In this document: piece after piece, positions 19,001 to 26,970 of the stretch
Layout of the letters: the number at the start of each line of letters is the position of its first letter
Position numbering within the stretch: position 1 is the stretch's first letter
Origin: a virus
Lineage: Duplodnaviria > Caudoviricetes
IMG/VR virus record: IMGVR_UViG_3300011116_001229
Length of the DNA stretch: 64,000 nucleotides
Strand: one strand, 5' to 3'
Made by a program: the position numbers and the translations under genes
The notes under the pieces: generated by a model
Database searches by the model: none
What the model was told of the DNA's origin: nothing
The model's input: only the letters and a program-made list of their open reading frames with translations

Positions 19001-19594
19001 TGCAAGATTGATGCGCTTTCTTCTTTGGAAGATTTTAATCTAGGTAGAGTTAATAATCATAAGCAACTTCTAATGGCTTTGACAGATGACAAGAATTACG
19101 AGATGCTTCGACGTGGTCTCTACGGCCTGACTGCATCGCAGCTGAAGAAGAAAGCTAAGGCCGGCGAAAAGATCGAAGCTTTCTTGGATCTAATGCTTAC
19201 ATCGCTAACAAATGTCGAAGATTGGTCTCGAGAAGAAAAGATTGAGATGTGTCAAGATTTAACACAATCTGTGGACACTGACCTGCTGTTTCCTCCCGCA
19301 GTCATGGAAAAGATTGCAGAAAAAAATGTTCCAAAACTTCATGATGTACCAGCAGGGGCTGAGGGAATAGGATGGTTCTGCGTTGCTGAAATTCAAATGA
19401 AGAAAACTAAGAATGGTAAAGTTTTCTATCGAATTAAAGCAACAGACGATGAACATCGAACAGCTTGGGTTAGAGCATGGGGAACTCCAAAGGAAGAAAT
19501 TCGTCCATACACACTTTGGGTTGCTCAAGTTCAAAATGATCCAAACTGGGGATTCTCAACGTCTGTGTATAAGATGCGTGAACTAGTTGGGTGA
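16064..19594 (+). CDS. dnaE: DNA polymerase III alpha subunit, main ORF (continues mini-ORF after 10-nt gap, +1 frame)
   Basis: 'TFDG', 'ALTDHGN', 'GVEFY', 'GRGSGAGS', 'FPDIDTD', 'KFDFLGL', 'FNKSHS'. Confidence 0.95.
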   Translation, partial: TFDGLGYPADHIAFVTSESQGMDAWALTDHGNGNGLAHAHSAAKKIQKKGVKYRQLYGVEFYFVPSLSQWRIDYEAHKQSVKDAKSAAEAEKKAKIRTDIDADEAAEEEEAGGHVVEDEAETKADDYKEKPDWQRRYHLVAVAQSAEGLANINRLVKASFKDGFYRYPRIDFDLLRKWGKGIVWSSACLGGTMAGTILRGVAHNRTSEQIIADLEVLTGQFVEAVGQENFFLELQFNKLEKQHTVNKYLIDLSRKTGVKLLATCDSHYPDPSKWQARELYKKLGWMGTKLDEQALPKFEDLKCELYPKNATQMWDEFKKSYEQYDFYKGSEEEVRDAIERTHDVAWQHCEDTWVDVKPKLPKVDTPEKTAFQQLTELVKEGLTREGLADKPEYVDRAKYELGDIKYLNCASYFITMYKVFNLAKEKTLFGSGRGSGAGSLVNFLLGITQIDPIPYGLLWSRFLGRHRVSFPDIDTDAGDRDVLIDAARTLFGDDAVIPVSNFNTLKLKSLVKDIAKIYGVPFEEVNEMTGPLQDEVMPLARDEDQEKSVFVLKHEDCMKYSPKYTAFMEKYPDVAAHVETLFMQNRSIGRHAGGVLLADPEDLAANMPIIGVRGELQTPWTEGMNFRNLEDNGFLKFDFLGLTLLKDVENCIRRILIKNGNLDPTFLDIRGFFDKHLNCRYVKQDDPAVWKHVYQDGSFVSVFQMTAEGARKFCKAVKPTKIEDLTAITAIYRPGPLKANVHNLFVEARKLDKINYPHPIIEQVLGPTKNFVVYQEQFMLLAEKLGGFTPGEADQLRKTLVKKSLDTLDKKSSEKELAKQKFIEGAQRLHGVPPEVTEPLWQTIDNMSVYCFNKSHSLAYAIDSYYAAWLHTHYEKEWLATALQSASSNPKELAKTISEIKALGFKFSKHDINYSGKEWQFSEEADAFVPPLGSVKGIGSAAVEEIMANRPYKDLATMLYDDAGEWRHSKVNKTALSALCKIDALSSLEDFNLGRVNNHKQLLMALTDDKNYEMLRRGLYGLTASQLKKKAKAGEKIEAFLDLMLTSLTNVEDWSREEKIEMCQDLTQSVDTDLLFPPAVMEKIAEKNVPKLHDVPAGAEGIGWFCVAEIQMKKTKNGKVFYRIKATDDEHRTAWVRAWGTPKEEIRPYTLWVAQVQNDPNWGFSTSVYKMRELVG

Positions 19595-19601
19595 GACTAC
19601 A

Positions 19602-20513
19602 ATGAAGACACAACTTCCTATCAGGTATATAATCGTCGAAGGACCGGACCTTGCAGGTAAATCTACGTTTATTCAGCAACTGCATAAGGTGACAGGTTTT
19701 AAATACAATATTCAGGATAGATCATGTCTTTCTATGTTGTGCTACGCGAGACAGTATAGTCGGGATATTGATCTACAGCGTCAATTCTTGCATGAAGAGT
19801 TGTCTGATCTTAATAACTTTTTTATTGTGCTCCTACCATCAGAAGAAGTTTTGCTAGATCGACTTGCGTATAGAGGCGATGAGTTTCAGAATTCATCATC
19901 CGTTGTGACTCTTAGAAATCTATTTGTTGAAGAGACTGAAAGTGTTGAGCACAAACCGAATGTTCTCGTGATTAGAAATATTGCTTCAGCAGAACAGCTA
20001 GCTGAGTATGTCAGTCAGCGTTTGCGCTCATATGAAAGTCCTACAATTGAAAAAGCTGGTGCGATGACTTCACGCTGGATTACAAGTGATCAACATCCTG
20101 AAATGCAACTAAAGCTTAAGCTGCACATCAATCCAGCACATGATGATGCTGAAATACTCAAACATCCGCATGAAGGTGAATATTATTCTGGAATATTGGA
20201 AAGATGTTGCTCAATTATTCAAGATGAATTGGATGGAAAGAATCCGTACAACAAACCACAAGATCTCACGTCAAGACGGTTCTTCTATTCAAGTGATTCT
20301 TGCATCTCATCTATTCACTTTTTGCCAAGAGACGGCAGTTTAAAAGTTCTTTGCACGCTCCGCAGTACTGACGTTAACAAGAATGGATCGATTGACACGA
20401 GATTTTTAGCTCACTTGTCAGCTTTCGTTGCTAGGAAATTTAAATGGCCAACATCTAACATTGCGCTTTTCATCAACTTTAATAGTGCACATGTAAGAAA
20501 AGATTTAGAGTGA
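19602..20513 (+). CDS. fusion: dNMP kinase + thymidylate-synthase/dCMP-hydroxymethylase-like domain
   Basis: P-loop 'EGPDLAGKST'; C-terminal C-x19-RSTD-x7-D spacing identical to TS C146/R166/N177 with Asp at the N177 position. Confidence 0.75.
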   Translation: MKTQLPIRYIIVEGPDLAGKSTFIQQLHKVTGFKYNIQDRSCLSMLCYARQYSRDIDLQRQFLHEELSDLNNFFIVLLPSEEVLLDRLAYRGDEFQNSSSVVTLRNLFVEETESVEHKPNVLVIRNIASAEQLAEYVSQRLRSYESPTIEKAGAMTSRWITSDQHPEMQLKLKLHINPAHDDAEILKHPHEGEYYSGILERCCSIIQDELDGKNPYNKPQDLTSRRFFYSSDSCISSIHFLPRDGSLKVLCTLRSTDVNKNGSIDTRFLAHLSAFVARKFKWPTSNIALFINFNSAHVRKDLE

Positions 20514-20529
20514 CATTATAATTGCTGAC

Positions 20530-21525
20530 ATGATTAAGATACTGATAACTGGCGCTGCAGGTTTGCTGGGAAATAATCTATCACGACATTTTATTAGCAA
20601 GGGATTCAGGGTTGTCGGAGTAGATGACTTTAGCGGTGGATTTAAAGATTTAGTGCATGGAAATGTGCATCTGTATGAATGTAATCTGACGGACGATAAA
20701 AAAGTTTCTCAGATCTTTATGACAGAAAAACCCGACTATGTGTTTCACTTTGCAGCATATGCAGCTGTTGGTTTGAGTCCATTTATACGCAGGCACAACT
20801 ATATGAATAATGTTGTTGCTTCTGCAAATGTTATTAATGCGTGTGTCAATTATGGAGTTCAAAAGCTAATATTTGCAAGCTCAATGGACGTATACGGCAC
20901 GCAAGATCCACCGTTTGTTGAGTCCCAGCGACCTATGCCAGAAGATCCGTATGGCATTGCAAAATTTACAATAGAGCAGGACATACATGCTGCAGGTCGC
21001 CTTTTTGGCCTGAGATACAGCATCGTAAGGCCCCACAATGTCTTTGGTGTCTACCAGAATATTTGGGACAAATATAGGAATGTAATAGGCATCTGGATTA
21101 GGCAGAGTTTATCTGGACAACCCCTGACAATCTATGGTGAAGGCAAGCAGATGCGCTCTTTCTCCGACATTGAATTTTACATGGAGCCTTTTGAGAAACT
21201 ATTGGAGCTAGGTGATGGTGAGATTTACAATATTGGTGCTGATAGCTACGTCTCTATTTCCGAAGCTGCAAGTAGATTTCAGTCTGTTGCAAAGCATAAT
21301 GGTCTTGACACTTCGGTTATTCACCTCGAACCTCGAGATGAAGTAATTTTTGCTTATTGCGATCATTCAAAAGCCAAGAGTCAGCTAGGTTTTAAAGACG
21401 GCACACATTTTGAAAATCTAGTTAACAAAATGATTATATGGGCGAAAAGTCAACCACAAAGACCTGTTAAGTTAATGGATTATGAAATAGAAAAGGGAAT
21501 GTACTCTTATTGGAAGAAGAGTTAA
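20530..21525 (+). CDS. NAD-dependent epimerase/dehydratase (extended SDR)
   Basis: 'TGAAGLLG', 'HFAAY', 'PYGIAK', 'RPHNVFG'. Confidence 0.88.
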   Translation: MIKILITGAAGLLGNNLSRHFISKGFRVVGVDDFSGGFKDLVHGNVHLYECNLTDDKKVSQIFMTEKPDYVFHFAAYAAVGLSPFIRRHNYMNNVVASANVINACVNYGVQKLIFASSMDVYGTQDPPFVESQRPMPEDPYGIAKFTIEQDIHAAGRLFGLRYSIVRPHNVFGVYQNIWDKYRNVIGIWIRQSLSGQPLTIYGEGKQMRSFSDIEFYMEPFEKLLELGDGEIYNIGADSYVSISEAASRFQSVAKHNGLDTSVIHLEPRDEVIFAYCDHSKAKSQLGFKDGTHFENLVNKMIIWAKSQPQRPVKLMDYEIEKGMYSYWKKS

Positions 21526-21551
21526 TATGACTGCGTACAAGGAGAGCAGAA

Positions 21552-22505
21552 ATGATTAAGGCGCTTATTACTGGGGGAGCTGGTTTTATTGGAAGCAATT
21601 TATGTAATACACTACATAAAATGGGATGGGATATTGACATTGTTGACAATATGTCTAATGGTCATGTTGAATTTTTGCATGTTGATCTTCGATCAGAAAA
21701 ACTTTGGGTTGAAGATTTTGCTGCTTATGAAGTTCTTGAAAAGATTGGTAGCAAAGAATATGATTACGTCTTTCATTTGGCTGCAAATCCAAGAGTAACT
21801 TACTCTATTGAAAATCCTGTTGAAACACATGAAACTAACGTTTTGAAAACGTTAATGCTGCTAGACGCATGTAAAGGCAATATTAAGCGCTTAGTTTTTG
21901 CTGCATCTTCATCTACTTATGGAAATGCCGATGTACTCCCAACGACCGAGGATTTGCCAGACAGCCCAAAATCACCGTATGCTTTGCAGAAAGCAATCGT
22001 TGAAAAATACTTAAAACTTTATAGCGAGCTCTACGGTTTAGATTCTGCCTGTCTTAGGTTCTTTAATGTTTTTGGACCGAACCAGCTTGGTGATTCCCCC
22101 TACTCTACGGCAATTTGTGCATGGTTGACAGCAATTAAAAGAGATAAATCAATGAGATCAGACGGCGATGGATCTCAATCACGCGACATGTGTTACGTTG
22201 ATAATGTTGTTGATTGCTTGATTAAAGCTGCAATTGCTGAGAAAAATTTAAACGCTGAAGTTTTAAACGTTGGTGTTGGTGAAAGCGTTTCTAACGCCGA
22301 GATTCTTAAATATCTTAAAAAGAAGTATCCACAAGCAGTCTCACATGACGCTCCGTGGAGACCAGGCGATGTCATGCATACTAAGTCTGATATCTCAAAG
22401 GCAAAGAGGCTTATCGGATATGAACCAAAAGTTGATGTCTGGCAGGGCTTAGACAAAACTATCGTATGGTTTGAGGAAAACTGGTCCTGGCTTAAGAATA
22501 TGTGA
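21552..22505 (+). CDS. NAD-dependent epimerase/dehydratase (extended SDR, UDP-glucose 4-epimerase-like)
   Basis: 'TGGAGFIGS', 'HLAA', 'SSSTYG', 'PYALQK', 'RFFNVFGP', 'RPGDV'. Confidence 0.9.
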   Translation: MIKALITGGAGFIGSNLCNTLHKMGWDIDIVDNMSNGHVEFLHVDLRSEKLWVEDFAAYEVLEKIGSKEYDYVFHLAANPRVTYSIENPVETHETNVLKTLMLLDACKGNIKRLVFAASSSTYGNADVLPTTEDLPDSPKSPYALQKAIVEKYLKLYSELYGLDSACLRFFNVFGPNQLGDSPYSTAICAWLTAIKRDKSMRSDGDGSQSRDMCYVDNVVDCLIKAAIAEKNLNAEVLNVGVGESVSNAEILKYLKKKYPQAVSHDAPWRPGDVMHTKSDISKAKRLIGYEPKVDVWQGLDKTIVWFEENWSWLKNM

Positions 22506-22514
22506 GGATTGATC

Positions 22515-23084
22515 ATGACTATTGTACCTGAGTTTATTGTTTACACCGGCCCGATGTTTTCTTCAAAAACATCAAGTCTTCTATCTTCACTTGAAAGATA
22601 CAAATATCAGCACAAGAGAATTGTGCTCTATAAGCCTGAAATTGACGACAGATATAGCATTTCCGAAGTTGTCACACATGGCGGTCTTAAGATGCCTGCG
22701 TTTTGTGTTAAGACGGGCGCTGATATAATTGAGCACTTAGCAACTCTTAATGAAAATCCACACGTAATCGCAGTAGATGAGGCATTCATGATTGCGGGTG
22801 TTGCAGATACACTTATTTGGCTGTATAGAAATGGTTACACTGTTGTTGTATCATCTTTGGACTTGTCAGCTGCAGGCACTGTTTTTCATGAGATTGAAAA
22901 GATGATGATCTGGGCGACTAGAGTTGAAAAATGCACCGCTGTTTGTACTGTCTGCGGTAGAGATGCTCATTACACTCATAAAAAGCAGACTGGGGGAGAA
23001 GAGATTGAAGTTGGTGGATCGGAACTTTACGAGCCAAGATGTTTCTTACACCATCTGCATATTGATAAGAGGCTAACGGACTGA
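22515..23084 (+). CDS. tdk: thymidine kinase
   Basis: 'GPMFSSKT', 'VDEAF', 'CTVCG', 'GGSELYEPRC'. Confidence 0.9.
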   Translation: MTIVPEFIVYTGPMFSSKTSSLLSSLERYKYQHKRIVLYKPEIDDRYSISEVVTHGGLKMPAFCVKTGADIIEHLATLNENPHVIAVDEAFMIAGVADTLIWLYRNGYTVVVSSLDLSAAGTVFHEIEKMMIWATRVEKCTAVCTVCGRDAHYTHKKQTGGEEIEVGGSELYEPRCFLHHLHIDKRLTD

Positions 23085-23085
23085 C

Positions 23086-23511
23086 ATGGACAGACCCGCA
23101 TGGCCTGAAACGTGGATGAAGATTGCTTGGAATATCTCAGACAGATCTTATGATCCTCGACTAAAAGTTGGCGCTATAATTGTTTCAGACGATAATACTC
23201 GATTGCTTTCACTAGGCTATAACGGAAATTATCGAGGCGGTCCAAATGAGCCTGAGAGTGATGTGCCCGGACAAAGCGGAATGATTCACGCAGAAGTAAA
23301 TGCATTAATTAAATGTGATTATAATTTCAATAGAAAAAAGATCATGTACCTAACACATTCGCCGTGTGTATCATGCGCCAAGCTTATTGTAAATGCCGAC
23401 ATTGCCAGTGTAATTTATGACGTGGAGTACAGGGATCTTTTGGGCTTGCAGATACTTACAAATTCAGGCATTCATGTAAATAGACTGGGTGACTTGATAA
23501 TTAGATCTTGA
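23086..23511 (+). CDS. dCMP deaminase (ComEB-like)
   Basis: 'HAEVNA' and 'PCVSC' zinc motifs, 'VGA', 'GYNG'. Confidence 0.9.
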   Translation: MDRPAWPETWMKIAWNISDRSYDPRLKVGAIIVSDDNTRLLSLGYNGNYRGGPNEPESDVPGQSGMIHAEVNALIKCDYNFNRKKIMYLTHSPCVSCAKLIVNADIASVIYDVEYRDLLGLQILTNSGIHVNRLGDLIIRS

Positions 23512-23522
23512 GAATCTGTGCA

Positions 23523-23816
23523 ATGAAGAAAAAAGATAATGACTTTATCAGACTCATGCGTGAAGAGTGGAATGCAAAAATGTCCGCGCTTCAAGAAGAA
23601 GTTGAGCTTATGTTTAATACCAAGGTCGATAATGATAAAAAGACTGTCATTAGCCCCGGCTTAAAGATAAGAAGCAAAGATGAGCAAATTCTTTATAAAG
23701 TAGCCGCCGTGAGCATTAGAGGAGTCGATTTAAGACCACCAGATGCACCTGAAGATGGCTCTAAAGACTTCTTTGTTGACAAGGACACCCTGGAGAAAAA
23801 CTATGAGCTCGATTAA
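23523..23816 (+). CDS. hypothetical protein
   Basis: ATAATTA 23497-23503; 'LMREE/LQEE' motifs. Confidence 0.6.
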   Translation: MKKKDNDFIRLMREEWNAKMSALQEEVELMFNTKVDNDKKTVISPGLKIRSKDEQILYKVAAVSIRGVDLRPPDAPEDGSKDFFVDKDTLEKNYELD

Positions 23817-24534
23817 GAAAAGCGATGAAATTCTTGGCATTGATGTCAATAGCATTATAAAAAATACTTTTAAAGAACAGTCAAAGACTTCTTCTGGCGG
23901 TCTAAAACAGGCGCTTGATGAAGCTTTTGTGCATGAGCCAAAACAGTTTAAGCAAGTTACTGAATTCTTGTCTGAGAAGGCAAAATCTGCACATATTGAA
24001 CTCTATAAGGGCTACATTGAGTCTTTTAATAAGGTGTCAGCAAAACTAGATTCAGTCAATAGATCTGAAGCAAATTCTAGACACGCCGATTACAGATCAT
24101 TAAAACTTGACGAAGCGTATAACTTGAATGGTACATGGCTACACGAACTTCACTTTGCTAATGGTTTTGATCCACATTCAGAAATAGTAATGGATTCAAT
24201 GTCTTATCTTCGACTGCAGAGAGACTTTGGAACTTTTGAAGATTGGCAGAGAGATTTCATTGCCGCCGGCATGAGCGCAGGTAATGGCTGGGTTGTTACA
24301 GGTTTTAATATGTTCTTAAAGAAGTATGTTAATACAATTGTTAGCCATCACAGTGGCGATATTCAAATGGGTCTCTATCCAGTAATTGTGGTTGACATGT
24401 GGGAACATGCTTATTTTAGAGACTATCTTACAGACAAGAAGTCTTATTTGATTGCACAGATGAAAGAGCTGAATTGGACAGTCATTGAGGAGCGCTTCAA
24501 GAAGGCTGAAGCCATAGCTCAGGTGTTAAAATGA
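23803..24534 (+). CDS. Fe/Mn superoxide dismutase family protein with N-terminal extension
   Basis: 'AHIELY', 'LHELHF', 'FGTFEDW', 'DMWEHAYF'. Confidence 0.85.
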   Translation: MSSIKKSDEILGIDVNSIIKNTFKEQSKTSSGGLKQALDEAFVHEPKQFKQVTEFLSEKAKSAHIELYKGYIESFNKVSAKLDSVNRSEANSRHADYRSLKLDEAYNLNGTWLHELHFANGFDPHSEIVMDSMSYLRLQRDFGTFEDWQRDFIAAGMSAGNGWVVTGFNMFLKKYVNTIVSHHSGDIQMGLYPVIVVDMWEHAYFRDYLTDKKSYLIAQMKELNWTVIEERFKKAEAIAQVLK

Positions 24535-25064
24535 AAAATTCTATGTTTAGACATCTTGTAGCTTCGCTCTTATCAGAAGCAGACAAAAACGACAAGAAAG
24601 TAGAGATAGAGGATTCTCTCGATGCTCAAGTCGATAAATTCTTAATTTCATATGAGAAAGACTCAAAAGCTGTCAAGAAAGAATCATTTGACTTTAGGCA
24701 GTCAATGAGAGATATGCTTATTGAAGCAGAAGAAGGCGAAGAAGAAAAATCAGACGATGATAACAAAGATGAACCAGCAGAGAAATTACCTGCTGAAGAT
24801 CTTGACATGGAGGCTTTCGTCAATAACGTAATGCGGCTTGTTGAGAACTATGATAGCTTGCTTGAGGTGAGAGATACAATTCTTAAAAGAGCGCTAAATT
24901 TTATAGCTAAAAATTACAAAAAAGATGCACAGACTTCTTTTGAAGATACAATGCTCGAACTGTATGGTGTAAAAATTGGTAGTTCCAAGCAAGATGTTGA
25001 TGATGAATATTTCCCATCACCAAAAGCAGGTGCTGCCGGCCCGAGCGCTGGGGGTGGTGGTTGA
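24531..25064 (+). CDS. hypothetical acidic protein
   Basis: 177-aa ORF, 'LLSE', 'LIEAEE' motifs, ATGA overlap. Confidence 0.6.
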   Translation: MKNSMFRHLVASLLSEADKNDKKVEIEDSLDAQVDKFLISYEKDSKAVKKESFDFRQSMRDMLIEAEEGEEEKSDDDNKDEPAEKLPAEDLDMEAFVNNVMRLVENYDSLLEVRDTILKRALNFIAKNYKKDAQTSFEDTMLELYGVKIGSSKQDVDDEYFPSPKAGAAGPSAGGGG

Positions 25065-25381
25065 GACACGATATTTTTCAGGACAGAAAAAGTATTCACA
25101 TAAAGCTGTCCAAAGAATCACATGCTGCTTTGCGTGAAAAACTTTTTAAGTTTGGCCTGACTATGCAAGATGTGTTTGAAGAATTAGCTGTTTTAGTTTT
25201 GTCAGATAATTCTCGTGCCGATAGACTGATACAAAGCATCATAAGGAAGAAAATAAAAGAACAGTTAGATGGTCCAAAGAAAAATGTGAGTCATCGACGA
25301 TCTATGAATGAATTTGATGCAGAAACACTGTATAATTTAATTGAAGAAGGACAAGAATTTGATGACGACAGACAAGCATGA
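25061..25381 (+). CDS. ribbon-helix-helix-like DNA-binding protein
   Basis: 'KSIHIKLSKESHAALREKLFKFGLTMQDVFEE'. Confidence 0.55.
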   Translation: MRHDIFQDRKSIHIKLSKESHAALREKLFKFGLTMQDVFEELAVLVLSDNSRADRLIQSIIRKKIKEQLDGPKKNVSHRRSMNEFDAETLYNLIEEGQEFDDDRQA

Positions 25382-25736
25382 TAATGACTCTATTGTGAGT
25401 CAACTAGTCAGCTGGTTAAATAAACATGCTGAATCAAGGCAGTCTGATCCTGAATCAGAAGAATCTCAGAAATCTTTTGATGATGTCACATTAGAACAGT
25501 CTGTTTCAATTCTTTCACAGACACTCACAAAGTGTATTGGTGAAATCTCTAAAGTAGCACTTTCTTTATCTTCAACAATTAAAGCTGTCAATGAACATTC
25601 GACTATGATTGAAGAGCTATATACAATACAGACGTCTATCTTAAAGCTTCTCAAGACAGGAGCAGTAACTGCACCTACCTCGCACGAGTCTAACAGTCAC
25701 GACAAGAATAAGAAAAAAACAGAGAAACCTAATTAG
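25362..25736 (+). CDS. hypothetical coiled-coil protein
   Basis: ORF with SD-like GAAGGA. Confidence 0.55.
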   Translation: MTTDKHDNDSIVSQLVSWLNKHAESRQSDPESEESQKSFDDVTLEQSVSILSQTLTKCIGEISKVALSLSSTIKAVNEHSTMIEELYTIQTSILKLLKTGAVTAPTSHESNSHDKNKKKTEKPN

Positions 25737-25742
25737 TTTTCT

Positions 25743-26159
25743 ATGAGCTTATTTTTAATAAAACTCTGGGAATTCACCAAGAAGAATTGGCAAGCACTTA
25801 TCGTTTTAGCTGCAGCAGTAATAATTGTTTGGCAGGTACGCAGTTTTTTTATTAGTCGTGAAAATAATCTTCTTAAACAGATGGAAGACATGAAGAGAAT
25901 TCATGATGAAGAAATTAATTCTGTAAAGAAAGCACATGAAGAAGAGCGTCAGCGACACGACAAAAACGTGAAGAAGCTAGAAGAAGATTTAAAAACTTCA
26001 CAAGACAAATACGATCAGACAATTCTAGAACTCGAAAATAAGAAAAAGATAAATGTTGTCAAGATTGTGAAAAAATACGGCAAGGATCCTGCTGAGTTGG
26101 CCAAAAAAGTTCAGTCTATCACAGGTTTTGAGATCGTCATGCCGGAGGTAAAAAAATGA
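25743..26159 (+). CDS. membrane-anchored coiled-coil protein
   Basis: N-terminal TM 'ALIVLAAAVIIVW' then long charged helix. Confidence 0.6.
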   Translation: MSLFLIKLWEFTKKNWQALIVLAAAVIIVWQVRSFFISRENNLLKQMEDMKRIHDEEINSVKKAHEEERQRHDKNVKKLEEDLKTSQDKYDQTILELENKKKINVVKIVKKYGKDPAELAKKVQSITGFEIVMPEVKK

Positions 26160-26656
26160 ATTTTAAAAGAGCCATTTCTTTAGGAACATGTTTGTCTCTA
26201 ATTTTTTCAACAACAGAGCTGCATGCACAGTCACCTTCACCCGAGCCCGACCCACAAGAAACAATTTCTAAAATTTCCCCCATGCGCCAGGGCGACGTCG
26301 CGCCATTCACTGGCGTTTTATTTTCACCAAAGGCAACTGCAACTATTATCACTGAGTTTGAGACATTTGACGAGAGAATGAAACTTGAAGTTGACAAGGC
26401 AGTAAGAGACACTATTGCAAAAAAACAATTTGAGATCAATGAAGTTAGTTCAAAATGCACCACAGATAAAACTGTTCTTCAAGCCGACATAACTGCTAAG
26501 TCAAAACAGATAACAAAGCTGTCAGAGGATCTACAAGTTGCGCAAAATGCTGCAGCAAATGCTCCAAGTAGACTAGTTTGGACAGGAATAGGCGTCGCAG
26601 TAGGGGCCGCAACTGCCATTCTTATCACTTTTGCCGTCAACCAGGCTTCTAAATAA
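26156..26656 (+). CDS. exported/membrane protein (signal peptide, coiled coil, C-terminal TM)
   Basis: 'MNFKRAISLGTCLSLIFSTTELHA', C-terminal 'WTGIGVAVGAATAILITFAV'; SD GGAGG. Confidence 0.6.
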   Translation: MNFKRAISLGTCLSLIFSTTELHAQSPSPEPDPQETISKISPMRQGDVAPFTGVLFSPKATATIITEFETFDERMKLEVDKAVRDTIAKKQFEINEVSSKCTTDKTVLQADITAKSKQITKLSEDLQVAQNAAANAPSRLVWTGIGVAVGAATAILITFAVNQASK

Positions 26657-26693
26657 AGATTTGCAGCCTATTTAGTGTGCGGAGTTCTGACAC

Positions 26694-26969
26694 ATGAGCG
26701 AAGAAGCACAAATAAAACAAAAACCAAAAAAAGAAGTTTCTAAACTGTGGATCATTGGCACCGATGGTAAGGCTTCAGTAAGTGCAACATTTGCAACAAT
26801 TGCGTTTCTAGCTACGACTGCTGCTTACGTTGCTTCAATTGTTGAAGCATATGGTGAATTAAAGTTTAGACCATTTGATGTCGCAGCTTGCGGTGCTTAC
26901 ATGGTTCCAATCTTATCACTTTACTTTGGCCGTCGCTGGACAGAGAAATCTTCAAAGAAAGAAGACTGA
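26694..26969 (+). CDS. small two-TM membrane protein (holin-like)
   Basis: Two hydrophobic segments, charged termini. Confidence 0.5.
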   Translation: MSEEAQIKQKPKKEVSKLWIIGTDGKASVSATFATIAFLATTAAYVASIVEAYGELKFRPFDVAACGAYMVPILSLYFGRRWTEKSSKKED

Positions 26970-26970
26970 A

